A stretch of DNA of 64,000 nt from Gordius albopunctatus (lineage: Eukaryota), in assembly GCA_964276515.1 (NCBI GenBank), contig OZ193910.1:6696001-6760000 (forward strand), written 5' to 3'. Numbering within the stretch: position 1 is the stretch's first letter; every line of letters starts with the position of its first letter. Both the position numbers and the translations under genes were made by a program. The notes beneath the pieces are model-generated. The model made no database searches and had not been told where the DNA came from. It saw nothing but the letters and a program-made list of their open reading frames with translations. Below are positions 37,201 through 51,251 of the stretch, piece by piece.

Positions 37201-40200
37201 AGAATCATTTCTAACATATCGCCGGCCATTTTTTCCATAACTAAGATAATCTATGAAAAAATACATAGGAGTAGCCAGGGGGGGCAGGGAGGGACGGCTG
37301 CCCCCATTAAATCCAAAAATTATGTCTAAAATTTTACAAAATGTTCAATTTGCCCCTCCCTAAATTATTATTGCTGCCCTCTAATTGCAATGCTGGCTAC
37401 GCCCATGAAAATATATATATAGTAAAAATTTTCATGCAACTTACTTTTTCTTCACTTTCATACATTCCATCCATATTAACGACTCCTGGATGTATAAGAG
37501 TCTATATTTCAAGGTATATATAAAATGGTAAAATAATACAAGTATGGCTAATTTACAGATAGGTTTAATTGATTTTTGCTTAACAAACTGGACGAAATCT
37601 TTATAATTATGGACTGTTTTAAATGTTTATTGTTCGAGCAGTGTTAGCAAGAAATATATTGATATTGTGCAATAGATCAAAAACCCAATATTTATTTAAA
37701 AATTTTAAACGCCTAAGAATATAGAAAAAAAAATAGTAAACTAATTTTTACTATTTAACAGCTTTGTATTATTTAACACCCTAAAAAACGCAGAAAATTC
37801 TCTTTAAATTATGCTCGGTTAACCTAGCCTTTATTGAATCCTAATTCTCTTATTAAACGATTAGACACAATGTTACAACTAAATATCAAATTTAAAATAT
37901 GCATTACAAATAAATGTATAGTAAAATAACAAATAAACTTTTACCTGAAGAATTTTTACTTCATTTTTTAACTGAGATTCTTTTTGACTAGGAAATCGAG
38001 ATTTTAAAATAACTTTGATTGCAACATTTTGATCATTTTTATTGTTTATGCCTTAAAAATAGACTTATTACTAACAACCCGTTTTACCTGCATACACCGT
38101 TCCAAATTGACCAGATCCCAATATTTCTTTTGGATTTATAAAAAACGATTCTTGAAATTTCTGGTAGCATCGTTGTTAATAATTATAAAAAAGGAAATCC
38201 TAATTACTTTCATGCTCGTTAAAGCATTTTCAGTGGCGACCTGGCTCTCTATATCACTTTTATGCCCGATTCGGTCGATATCGCCAATTGAGCTTTTATC
38301 GGTATTATCGACATTTTTGCTGAAACGAAAGGTTAAAGGAGACAAAGCACGTTTAAGAGCGATTGCCCATTGCCGGGCCTCGTACAAGCTAAAACCAAAT
38401 TCCACAGGCCCACATCCTGTTCCCAAGCCTACGTAATATACAGCCATGCCCTCTAAATGTATTTCGAAGCAATGGGGGAATTGTGGAAGTGGTGGGGGTG
38501 GCATAGACCCTACTGGATATGTCTCTTCTTTTCCCTCGTCGTTATAACCGTCTTCTTCCTTCTGAGATTCACGTTTAAAGAGGGAGTGATGCTGATTTTT
38601 GGTAACGTTAATTTCAAGCACGGAGCTGATTTTATCTAAGCTTATTTTCTAAATGGCAAGAGGTATTTAAAAGAAAAAAAGCATAATATAACTCGATAAA
38701 AAAGGTATTATATTTTTTGAAACACATATTTGAATATTCGAAATTTAATTACAATATCCATCATATTATGTTACTTTGAAAAAATTTGATTCGGTTTCAT
38801 TTTTATAAAAAGTCAAGGAATCAGGGTCTAAAACCCAAAAATGTCTTTTCAAATTAGGATCCCTGTTAGTATAATATACCATCCACCCTTCCTTAATAAT
38901 CAGGGTACCACCTCGTTTTTTCGTGTATTTTAAAGAAACTACCATCCGTTGCAAAGGTATGTTAATGCTGGATGCAAAAATTTTTTTTAATGATACGATT
39001 ATGGCAAAGTCACTTTGAGGAATTACTAATCCATTCATTATTGTTCGCCGCGTATTGATTAATCAAAGATATCGAATCTTCAAATTTATCTAAAGCCTCT
39101 TCATTCTCACATGTAATATTGTCGTGGTCAGATTCAAAATATTTTTCGTCATTCATACCATCTACCTTATAATAAAAGGATAGACAATAATATCATATAC
39201 CTTCAGTATTATCAACTAACGCGGGCTTGATTTTTACCATTGATAAAAGAGCAACATTTTTGGCAGGTGTTCCTTGACAATTGTGAGTTAAAAATGGAAC
39301 ACATTTTTTGCAACAATTAAATTTGCAATCTAAGTTGTGATCAATGGTTACAAAATAATATGAGAGTTATTGAAATATTTACCTTGGCATTGAAAACCTT
39401 GTCGAAAAAGTCCAACCAATAATTTTTTACATCTTTGACAAATTGTTGGAACCTTATAGGAATGAATCATCAAGGTGTGTGGCACTTTGATTTTGTTAGT
39501 TAAATCTTTTTTATTATTAAGAGCTTATCCATTTAAATGTTTACCAAAATCTACTATAGAAGCATCTGACCCTACCAATGACAATGTTTGGTTGGGCGTT
39601 AATGTTTGATGATGCATGTTTTGCAAATCCAAAGTGTCCTTTCAATAAACAATAAAGGTAATATTAAGAAAACAATAGACAAGTTCACTACAATAGCAAT
39701 ATTACAAAGATTACAAGGAAGCCTATAAATGTTATTGTGTATACACTCTAGTTAATGTCATATATTTTGCACAAGCCTAACATAAAATTAGCTTTCATTA
39801 AAACCATAAGAAAAAATTTTAAGCATGGATTGCAACAATTATCAATATAATACTTCTGAATTGAATTCTATAGCATGATTGGAAAAGGAATTTTTATTGT
39901 TTAGATCCCTAAAAGTGGTTGTATCTGATAGGCACATTGAGTAAGATTTATTAGTCCCATATATAAGCTTATTTTTGTAAAAACATTTGTAGGGGATCTT
40001 GAAGGCACATCTTTTATGGAAACTTAGCCCACAACCTACAATCATAGATATAAAGTAAAAATTATGCCAATAACTTTCAAAGTTAAAAAGGGAACAAAAG
40101 TTTTTTCCATAATTAAATATTAAAAATTTAACTGACAATAACACAATAATCAACAAAATAATTCCATAGTGTACAAGAATTACCTTCACATTTTAATCCT

Positions 40201-40649
40201 TGTCTTACTAAGCCAAAAAGCATTTCTCCACAAAAATCACAAAAAGTAGGAGATTTGTATGAATGAACATTAAGGGAATGAGAATGCTTAGGTGACACAT
40301 CAGTCTTAATTTTATCTAAATATATAAAATTAATCATAAAAAGTACTAACTCTTTAAAATAATTTGTACAATTGAATTATCTTGTATGCTTGATGAGGAT
40401 GAAAGCTTTTCTAAACTATCTTCGGCTGTGTGAGTATATAAAAGAACATTGTCATATTCTTGTTCAATATGAGCTTCCTATAGCAAGATTTATAAAACTA
40501 ATTAATTATATTACATGTATGCTAAAAACCCTTTTAACTAAATTAACTGCCAAAAGCTTAACTTCTTGAAAACTTATCGAATTTTTTAAGACAAAGGCTT
40601 CACGGTATATTCCAAGCTGAAACTGTATGTGAACTAAATTTGAAGACAT
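34264..40649 (-). CDS. PRKD: Protein kinase D (PKD/PKC-mu family), multi-exon
   Basis: Two C1 domains ([38 protein letters not shown]), PH domain ([10 protein letters not shown]...KRHFWVLD) and kinase motifs [44 protein letters not shown] at 40649, TAA at 34264. Confidence 0.96.
35105..35216. mobile_element. hAT-type MITE, CATGGGCGTAGCC family
   Basis: Degenerate TIRs, TSD ATTGCAGC. Confidence 0.75.
37264..37407. mobile_element. hAT-type MITE, CATGGGCGTAGCC family, in a PKD intron
   Basis: CATAGGAGTAGCCAG...CTGGCTACGCCCATG with an A-rich near-TSD. Confidence 0.75.
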
Positions 40650-42169
40650 CAGTCAGCTGTTAAAATATAAAGTGTATGTTTATATACTTATCAGTATAGG
40701 TACCATATTTTTTAATCAGAAAAATTATGTAAAAATATATAAATATTTAGCATCAATTGAGGCTAGTAATAAATAAACAAATTTTTTTAAAAGTTTAATG
40801 AGACACTATAAAGGCTTAATAAAACATTGATTTTTTTATTTATATCGAAAGAATATAATGATAAATAGCCCCAATGTTACATGCAATCCGGGCTGATAAT
40901 GAGAATATTTAAGGCGAGTGTTCTTCATAAAAACTTTACAGCACCTCTGTTAACAGGATTCGCTTATATTTTTAAGATAACTGATTTTTACATCGCTAAT
41001 AATACACATTTTTTTAAAGTTGGTTAACAAGATCTTTAAAAGAATACGTTATTATTGATCTTCTAAAGTTAGATAATAAAAGAAACTTGTAATGTTTAAT
41101 AGTATGACACCACTTTAATGTCTAAGGATGGCCGATTGTAGCGTCTAATAAATGGCATATTGTAATATCCAAAATTGAAACCAACTTTATTTAGGCGCCA
41201 ATTAAAATTCTGAAAATGTCAGGAAGGAAAATTATAATGTATTTGAATGTGTGAAAATCGAAATAAATGGAGGAAATATCATTATTCTTTTTTTAACAAG
41301 TATTGTTTTTATTTCACAAAACACAAATTGCGTATAGTGCGGAGATCTGTGAGCACGGTTGAGGAATTAATTACAGATGTTAAGGTAGTAATTAAAAAGG
41401 CGTAATAAAATGGCGTTTGAGAAGTTTAACCACCTTAAATTACGTTTTAGTCTGCGGTATGTGTATCTCTTCAAGAACTATTTAATTTTAATTACATGGT
41501 GCGTTGTATATCAAGTCGTTATGGGTAAAGATTGGAGATAAAGGGTATCTGCCAACCGTTATGTGCGCCTATGCTGCCTAGTGAATGTATAAAATAAGAG
41601 AAGGACATATTCTTCGCTTTTTTAGAAAAGGAAATACAAGGAACAGGACAGGAAGAAGACTTAATTAACGGGGCGGACATCAGCGCTGACGTAGAGAAGG
41701 ATTGCCTTGGGTAACAAACTCAATCATAAAGGAGGCGAAACTCTTATTTATAAATTGGCCAAGATAAAGCAGAAAAAACGTCGGAATATCGGAGTCCTTA
41801 AAATAATAAAAAACAAGATGGGTTATAGTTTATTTAAGCCTCAGGAAGTGATGTAAATGTTGAATAGATTTTAAGGAACTTGTAAATGTTCCAAATGACA
41901 ACGATTCTCTTCCCAATGTTGAGTCAAGCATAAGTATTGTAGAACTCTTTGAGTAAGATAAGATCAGGACACAAATTAACAAGATGCAAAAAGGAAAAGC
42001 TCATGGCCTCCTTGAAATATCAATGTATGAATTGTTCGGTTCACAAGAAGAAGGAGTCACGACCATGACTAACATCTTTAATATTATATTGGGGGAAGAG
42101 CGAATCTCTAGTCAATGGAGAGCAAGCACGATTATACCATTATTGAAATGTAAAGGAGACCTTTAGGAC

Positions 42170-43939
42170 CAGATTGCCCTGCACGTCCCGTCTAAATTTT
42201 TATTTTCCGGGGGGCCCGGGTGGGCACGAATATAGGAATCGGGCAATTCGGGCTTAATAAGATTTTTAGATAGTGTACCATTTCGTTACTTTTTATTTTA
42301 TTGTATAGGAAAATTCTAAAAAAGTTAAGAAACTTATTTCGTGATCCGTTATTTTTATAATTTTTGCCCGACCCCCCCCCTATTCCCATCAAGTCCCTAG
42401 CTAGGTTAATGGGAAGGATTTAAATATTTATATTTATGTAGTCCTTTCATTGTTCGTAATTCACATGTACCGTCATATTACAAAATCGTCAAGCCCAAAT
42501 TGATACATGCAATTGTTAAATTTTATTCAAATATCATTCAATTTTTTTCAGAGCTGTTAAGGTGGGCGTACATTTTTAAAACCAAGAGCGAGTGCGGGAG
42601 CGCGCACCTTATTCACTCGGTGCGCGTGCGAAATTGCGTTCCTATTTTGCGCACATTAAGGATTTTACAATATATTTGACATTATCTTATATATCGCATA
42701 GCATATCTCACAAATTAACATTGTAGTGAAACAACATCAAAGATACATTTATGTTCCTGGTGGAGGAGATAACAAGGCGGGAATTTAATTAACATCGATA
42801 GACAATATAATTAATTAATATATCCGCCATATTTTATATTATTCGCCTATTTACTTTATCAATTATTGCTTAAAACGTTTTGGTGTATAATAATTAATAT
42901 TGCAATAGAAGTTGAAGTTTAATTAGAAAAACAAAAACAGACAGGTAATTAGGATAAATAATTAACAATATTGTAATATTTCTGACAGATAATCACCTCG
43001 AAATGCTTTTAATGACGAATGTCAATAAAATGCTATTTTAATTGTTTTTTCTGTATCTTTATTATTTTTATAATTATAATAAATCGGCATATTCAAAGTT
43101 TTTAATTGAACATTGTAATATATTTAGATAGAGTGTAAAAAATTATGGGTGCGAGTGCGCGCACCGTTTTTTTAGGTGCGATTAACAGGTCTGATTTTTT
43201 TGTAACAAATTGTGTTTGGTCTAACAAAACATCTCCAATTCGCCTTTTTTATTCCCTTATCACTCGTCGCTAAGCTACTACTTATTTTTTTAATAATAAA
43301 TTTATGTATTTCTTTTATTGCTTTAAATTAAAAAAAATTCAATAAATACGTTGAAATTCTATTGATAAATTATTATTTTTTTATCGAAAAAGTAAGTTTT
43401 AATTTTGTTTATTTTAAGATTATTTATAAAATATGTATACTTTGAACATAATTAAAACATTGCTACATAAATATTTTCATGAGCATCGGCTTTCAATTAA
43501 AATTTTTCTATTATATGATTTTTAATATGTTTGTATTTGAATGCATTAGCAATTAATCTAATAAAATATAGTGACCTAGAACGGTTTAGCCAGTGCTAAT
43601 ATTTAAAATAAACTTTGGCCAAATTTTTTAGTAAGACAAAATACTAACTTTTGTTGACCTATTAGAAAAGCAAAGAATCAAAATTTTATTTGAAAAATTC
43701 AATCGAATAATATAGGAAATTAGAGTTTGCTATATTTGTCTTAATATATTGCATTGATTTAATGCTTATTTTTAATAGTTGGTTTAAGAATTGGAGATCG
43801 CATAATTTCGGGTCTAACGGGCAAATTTAATATTTCGGGCAGGGCAGTTCGGGTCTCGAGCGGGCTAGGGGGTTTATGAAGTTAAAAAATTTAACCGGGC
43901 CGGGTTCGGGCATAAAGGTCCATTCAAATCTGACCTTTG
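42170..43939. mobile_element. hAT-like non-autonomous element inserted in the RTE
   Basis: TSD TTTAGGAC/CTTAGGAC, TCGGG/CCCGA subterminal repeats at both ends, imperfect TIRs. Confidence 0.65.
42549..43193 (+). mobile_element. hAT MITE, CAGAGYTGTTAA family
   Basis: TIRs CAGAGCTGTTAA / TTAACAGGTCTG, TSD ATTTTTTT, GTGCG repeats. Homologous to 52426-53501. Confidence 0.9.
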
Positions 43940-45388
43940 CTTAGGACTGTGGCAATATCAAGCTAAATTGCCACTCGTCGAAGCTCATGGAAAGGATCTT
44001 AGTAACAAGGCTGAAAAACGAGGTAGAATTATAGGCTAACCGATTTGGATTTATGGCTGGCAAAACCACAATCGAACCAATATTCGCACTATGATAAATG
44101 ATGGAAAAATATGGTGAAAAGAGAAAAGACCTACATATGGTCTTTATCGACTTGGAGAAAGCTTATGACATGGTCCCTAATATATATTGCTCAAAAGCAT
44201 TTTTTAAATTTAGATATAACAAATTCGGTTTAATTAATTAATAAACAATCGTATTCCTAAAATTCAGATAGAAAACATTGTTAGTGGGGCATAGTGAGTG
44301 CGGGTACCGGCCAGTTGTCTTTTTTGTGGTTTTCAATTCTTTTCGTTTATATTTAAATTCTATATAAAATTGAATAATTTTTTAGTAGAGGATATTTTTT
44401 TATAAAATGTACTGTCGCGTATTGTAATCGAGCTTATTAACATCCCTATCAGCTCTTGGTCTTAAATAAACACCAATTATTAAATATCATCGAAAATTAT
44501 ACTAAACGGCGACGCGTTGTACGCAGGAAAGCAAGAACAATTATATGCTTATACGGAAATTTTAAACCTTATATTCATTGTTGATTATCGTTCCAATATA
44601 ATTAACTAATTTTTTTACTTATCTCAGACATTTAAATTTTAGTTTTCTATGTTTCCCAGTGTAACTTCCAGATGACACCACTTTATTCCCAAAATTAGGC
44701 AATATTTTTAAATAGGTTCTGCCGAACCGTTAGTGGTGCCTGTCAGGTTAACCTCAATTTTTTGTCGATTATATTATAACAATTCAACACATGTTATTGT
44801 ATTTCGCGATTCTGAATATAATAAACTAGAGATGGGGGGGGGGCGATATCTCAAATACAGCTCTCCCCATTCTACCGCTTTTTATCTCATCAGCATAAAC
44901 TAGTCACGGTAACGGTATTGTATATAGCAGCAGGCAGAAAATTAAAATAATTTAGGGTAATTAGTTTTTTTCTCAAATACCAACTAACTTTGAAAGGGAA
45001 ATTTAGTATTTATATAAATTCTTTCATATATTGTCGCTGTTTTTTATTGAGTAAAATGGCTGATAACCAACTCCAATTAAAGCCTTAATAGGAGGAGGGG
45101 GTAAATTAATTAGCATAAATGGCAAGACAATTTAAAGCGGAAGGTAATTTAAATTTAGGGCGCTAATATTGCTGCTTAAATTGGGTAGTTAAATCCAATA
45201 TTCAAATTAATAAAATAAATGTAATAGATTCAAAGTCTTGAGTAATTGGATGCAATTTAATATCATATGACAACTAAAGCAGCTTCATTTTTATAGTATA
45301 TAAACAATCATTAATTATAATTAAAAACTGCAAAAACAATGATTACAACTAGCTTAGTAAACAAAAAAATCATAAGGCAAAATAACGC

Positions 45389-48300
45389 TTAAAATATTTC
45401 ATTTTCTTCTGGTGCATCTAAATCTTTGTATTGGATAATTTCTCTCGAACCTCCCGAAATTCTATTGATAAAACATGAATATCTGGAATGATAATATTAT
45501 AATACCTTTTTTTTGGAAACATATTTCGTTCATAATCATTAGTACCCCGCATAGGGTATGGAGGCTGATAGTAATTACGCGACGGATAATCTAAATGTTA
45601 ATTAAAATGATTTCGGTTTAAAAAATTTATGTACCAGGATATGCATTTGGGACTGAATGATTTAAATTGTAATTAGGACCGTGATGTTGGTAATGATGTT
45701 GACCAACATTCTTTAAAATTGCAGAACTTTTGTTGGTGTTAATGGAGGCGTTTGCAACAGCAGATACTGGAGGTATGAGGTTATGAGGCCGTTTCACATC
45801 CAACAAATAATTATTGAAATAATCGACCTAACATATTGTATAACGATTAAATGCGGTCTTTATATTTACTTCTTTTTTAACTTCGTCGATTTTTTCGGGA
45901 TGTTTATTGAAAATGTGCTTTCTAACAAAATCAGCGCCCTTAAATTTCTTCCCACTCAAGGGGCACAACCATTTATCTTTAGCTAATTCTTGACTATTTG
46001 CTTGAACGAACTTTTCGATCTCAGTATAAATTTATTGCTAAGGAAAAATTAAAGTAAAGTAAAATACAATGTAATAAAATTTTGGAAAAGGATATGTCTC
46101 ATAGGTTTTACGCCCGAGTTCAGTAGCTTCTTGGTCAGTTAGCGCATTGGGTGGGGATATAAATGTCTTGATTTTAACTTCAAAATTTTTAATCCAATCA
46201 TTCACTATTAAAATGACACAGTTAAAATAGATTAAATTGGTAATACCATCTTTTGAAAAAAGTTTTGTTTGAGATAAGGCGCCCCTGCAATGTATGATGC
46301 CACATTTATTAGGCATATCATCCTCATTCGGATATTCACTAATGCTATAATAATCCATTGAATGTACGATCCTTAGGTATAAAATCAGTTTATCGAGGAG
46401 CTATTAAAAATAAATATAAAATGGCAATAGACTGAGTAATAAAATTTTTCCATTAATACTCCATATAATTATTTTGCTACCTTATTCAATTTTTCATCTC
46501 TTTTAACGGGCGCAACAACTTTACTTTCAGTTTCACTTGATTTTGAGGGGTCATGTTTTTCGTCACCCCTTTCTTCACCTTCTTCAATAAGATTTTCTTT
46601 TTCCAATTGGGGTTCCACTTCTTGGCTAGCTTCTACAGACTGATCAGTTTTAATAAAAGCTAAGAAATCCGTGATAATAGTTTTCAACAACGGATTTTTA
46701 AGATTCGGGTTAGTCCAATTTTCCAGTGCGCTTTTGTCGTTATCATCCTCCATGTACAACTTCTCAATTATACTTCCCAATCTAATGATCTTATAATAGA
46801 AATTAATTTAGCTTGTGTAAAATGTTGTCAAAGTTAGCTAAAAATATAAAACAAAAATATCAAAGAAAAGATATTAATACCATTTCTTCAGTATCTTTAT
46901 GTGCATTTGTAGCCGGTTTGTGATTTAAGGTAGTGTGAGTTGATTCACCTGATACAACAACAAAAAGTTTTAAGCTTATTTTGTAAAAAATAAACTTTCT
47001 CACCTAAATTAACATTTTTATCATTATCAGTCTCAAGCATGGAATCCTCTGTCCATAGATTAAATTTAGAATCCAGATAGACGATGGTTCGGCAAGCCAG
47101 GGTGATATCTTTTGTCACTATAGGTTTGTGACAAACAATCCCATTCACCAATCTAACTCTCCGAATTATATCCCTATTGACAATCGGTCCCATATCGCAC
47201 TCTTTTATCTAGTTAAAATTTAAAAGAAAATTTACAGATATCAATGGAATAATTAAATAGATAAAAGTCTAACTACTTAATTGGCGATTTGAATAAAAAA
47301 TTACTTTCATACTGCTGAGGTTTGTACAAATATCTTTAACATTTGCATCTCTATTAAATGTTATCCAACCCCTTCGATAAAATTTGCGTTCAGGCAAAGG
47401 ATCAGCAAGGGCAACCCTCAAATATCCTGGGTAATTTTTACAAAGCTATACCAAAAATAGATAAAATTATATTGAATATAAATTATTTCTGCAATATATA
47501 TTATTATACTAAAATGTTCATTAAAAACATACGTTTTCCACTTCAGTGCGGGTTACATTAGGGGGCAAATTACGCAGAAATATTGAGCTCGTGCGATGAT
47601 ATGAAACCAAAGGTTCAGACATAGATTTATCAATGTGTTTTTTCTTTCCTTTATAAAATAACAAAAAAATAACATATAAAGCTTTGTATGAGTGCACCTA
47701 AATTAACGGCTTGTTTATCAGTGCTGTCATCATTTGTTTCACCTTCCTCTATAGGGCTTTTATCACCATTTGCAGCTTTAGTTACTAATTCATCTTTAAC
47801 ATCTAAATATTATAAATTAGGCATCATTGGGAATCATTAATAAATACAGAAATAAATAATTTTCAAATTTTTGATATGCTATAAAAAAATTGTTAAACAT
47901 ATTATACATTTCTTAATATTTTTGTTATTAATAACTCATATTGGCAGAATATCTGCAATTTTAAAACCTTTCATTTTTGTAAACATATTATTATTTAAAA
48001 AAATTCTTAAGATAGCATAATGTCAAGGATAGAAATAGACCCATTAGATATATTAAAAAATGTAGTTACTTATATTTTAATAAATAGTTACAACCATTTC
48101 TAAAACAAATTGCCCTTAGCCTAAATAACAGATATTCTTAAATATTCATGTAGTGCGAAATAAAAAACTATGTTCAAAATCACAGCTAGGTTGACTGTAT
48201 TAGAATAATATCACAAAATTATTGTTACACTAATTGAGATAGCCTATATTCACTTGTTAGGTTAAATCTTAACAAAAACAAATTTCATTCATATTATTCC

Positions 48301-50985
48301 TTTCATGAGGGTAGCTAGGGGGGGGGGGGGGCAGCAAAGGGCAGCTGCCCCCTCTAAATTGTGAAAAAATGTTCATTTTGCCCCCTCTAATTCAGAAGCT
48401 GGCTATGCCCATGATTCTTTTACAGATTAAGTTTCTATATTTAAAATATCCAATATAGACAAAATAGATGTAAATCTATTATTCAAATAAAACCTTGTTT
48501 AAAAAAAGTCTAGGATAATCTATATACATTTTAGAACATTTTTTCATTGTATATTAATTAAAAATGTTAAGAGAAGTATAAAGCTAAAATTAAAAAATTG
48601 CAATTGAATTTAGATTGTTAAACAATTTCACACACATGATGAATATTACTTACAACATGACTTCAAGATATTATATGTAATAATTAACAAAAATTGGTAT
48701 TTAGAAAGACACAAATGTTGTCTTATTATTAGAGCCTTGCCATAAATGTGTCTTAACAATTCCTCATAATTTATAAGATATAATTTATTTATCCATTATT
48801 TGATGATATAAATTGCTGCACTGCACTGTAATGTTCATTCAAAATTAACACAAAAATTTCCTTGATAACACAAAGAGTTAAATCCTGGGAAAAATATTAG
48901 CATGCAAAATTAGAGTTTGACCTAAACTTTTTTATATTTTATGCAAAGATCCCTATGGCTTAGATTACGACATTTATAATAAACAACACAAAAATTATTA
49001 TAACTAGAGTTTACCAAATACCAATAATATAAAAGTTAGACAAAGATTATTTTTAACACAAACCTTCAATGCCTTGGTTCATAATTTTTTCCTCAGCTTT
49101 GACTTTTTTGTTGGATGCATTTGAAGAAGCGTGAGAGGTCCTGGATGATGATGATGTATGTGAAGAAGAGGAGTTTGCACTAGATCCTGAACATGACGAG
49201 GATTTTGATGAAACCGAGCCATCACTTTCATGCCCATCCCCGCTTGTCTAATTTAAATATGGTGTTAACCATAAAAGAGATTTCAATTAAGGGTATAATA
49301 TATCATGGCCTTTGCTCACCAAATAAGTATTATGGAGCAGTTATTATAATTAAAAATAGCTTACTGTTTTGTCTTTAGTTTTAGAGGATTTTAAGGGCTT
49401 CATCTAAATATATATAGTGTATTATTCAATTATATATTACATTGCCATCTTGTTTTTCGATATTTGCTCTGTTAAATTTAATATATTTTAGTAAATTACA
49501 AAACGTTACTTTTGCTCATTAATCTCCATAACTTCAGGATCAAAGTCATCCAACCTTGTTTTATCTCCTATAATATTTACTTCTTCCATGAGAACTACTG
49601 CAGAGGCATACTCTTCATCCAAATATTTTATATCATTATCTGAACCACCTTCAAATTTAATTATGACTATAAAAAGGTAACTTAATTTAGGATTGAATTA
49701 AAAAACCTGCATCCAAAAACTTTACAATTTCTTTTAATTGATCTTGATCCAAAGAAAAATTTTCAATGAATCCTTTATTATAAAAATCCATAAAAACTTT
49801 GAGACGATTTTTAACTTTGATCTCCTTTTCTAAGTTAGCCTTAACACTATCATCAGGGTGATATTTATTTTTTAACCTAAAAAAAATAAAATTAGATAAT
49901 GAATAAAAAGGGATGTGATTGGTCATTTATAAAAATTTTTTGATTTAATGGAGTAATTTGAATAGTAAATAAATAATATAGCAATTTAATAGAAAAGCTT
50001 GATTTACAAAAATTAATACTTTGACCAATCGATCCCATATAAATATGCACAAATCATGTATCTTAAATTGCCCAAAACATGCTTACCAAAATGTAATGAT
50101 ATACAATATCATTAAATATTTATTGTATAAACATATAGGACAAATTATATTCTCTCCCTCTATAACAAAGAGGAAAGAGAAATATAAAAAGGGGATTTAA
50201 AGTAAAATAATAATGTGAGGTTAAGGGACAAAAAATCTTCCACTTTAAAAGTATCTAATATTGCAATAAAAAATTATTAGCAAAGTCAAACTATAGAGCT
50301 ATGAATAAAAGATCCATAATTACCACTCTTCATCCTTGTGAGCCTGGAAAAAGTCATATATCATTGTTTTTTGATATTGAGTCTTATATTCTTTATATTT
50401 TTTAATAGCTTGTTCAGGATCTATATTATCATCTTGTTGAAGTAAAAATTCTTTAAATGAGAGCATCCCCGAATGATCAATGTCATTGTTTTCATTCCTA
50501 TAAAATATATGATTTAAATTTATAAATTACTTGTAATTAACTGACAGTGATGGAATTAGTGGTGGAACAGAAGAGTTTGGAATTTCATAATGATAATGAG
50601 GAGGTATTTGATGATAGTGTTGATTTATAGGTGGCACATGATAATATGAAGGGTCATCCCTTAAATTTAATTGATAATTATTTTATTATATGTACCATTC
50701 TCTTCTCAACCTTTTAATATGTGAATGAGGTTGTGGAGAATATTCACGGTCAAGATGAGTAGGAGGGAAACGTTCTCTTCGATCATAATCACGAAATGGC
50801 TCTTTTCTAACCCTTCCTTTCCAATTATCCCGAGATCTAATCAAAATTAAAATATTAATGCTCAATCAGTACCTTTCTTCCCACTCTTCCCGAGTTCTTG
50901 TTTCGCGTCTTTCTTGAAAATCGCTTCTTTCTCTTCGAAATTTATCCCTTCGGCGTCGTTCATATTCATCTTCAGAATCTGCCAT
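45389..50985 (-). CDS. SRRT: Serrate RNA effector / ARS2, multi-exon
   Basis: N-terminus [58 protein letters not shown], zinc finger [25 protein letters not shown]-terminus [16 protein letters not shown]. Confidence 0.96.
46024..46095 (-). other. U12-type AT-AC intron (72 nt) in ARS2
   Basis: 5' ATATCCTTTT, branch-like TTTTCCTTAGC close to the 3' end, terminal AC. Removal gives GRKTYETEIEKF in frame. Confidence 0.9.
48304..48413. mobile_element. hAT-type MITE, CATGGGCGTAGCC family
   Basis: Degenerate TIRs, TSD ATTCCTTT/ATTCTTTT. Confidence 0.7.
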
Positions 50986-51251
50986 TTTTATTATTAGTAA
51001 TCAAAGAGGAAAACAAAATGGTGGACATCGAAAGTATAAAAATCCAAAAAAATGTAAAATTATGGCAAAAATTATCTTTATGATTAATTAACACTTTCTC
51101 ATTAATCCTCTCTATTTAAGTAAGATTGTAAATTGCTTGGTTTTGGCGTTCTATCTTATTTAATGGAGGTATTTTCCATAACTATCATGGTAAACTATCC
51201 ATATCATTATGTATCCATAGCACAAAAAATTATTTATATTCATACTATATA

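Larger units (their letters stand above)
41500..44178 (+). mobile_element. Decayed RTE-like LINE, split by nested DNA transposons
   Basis: QWRASTIIPLLKCKGDL (to 42163) resumes at ~43945 as DCGN...FGFMAGKTTIEPIFAL...LHMVFIDLEKAYDMVP. Many stops. Confidence 0.85.

Noticed and set aside
39524..39544. Apparent 21-nt intron in PKD
   Set aside because: An in-frame AG 18 nt further on gives a 39-nt intron that matches the local size class.
40657..40705. Possible trans-splice acceptor 7 nt before the PKD ATG
   Set aside because: Upstream GT donors allow an ordinary short 5' UTR intron, so the sequence cannot distinguish the two.
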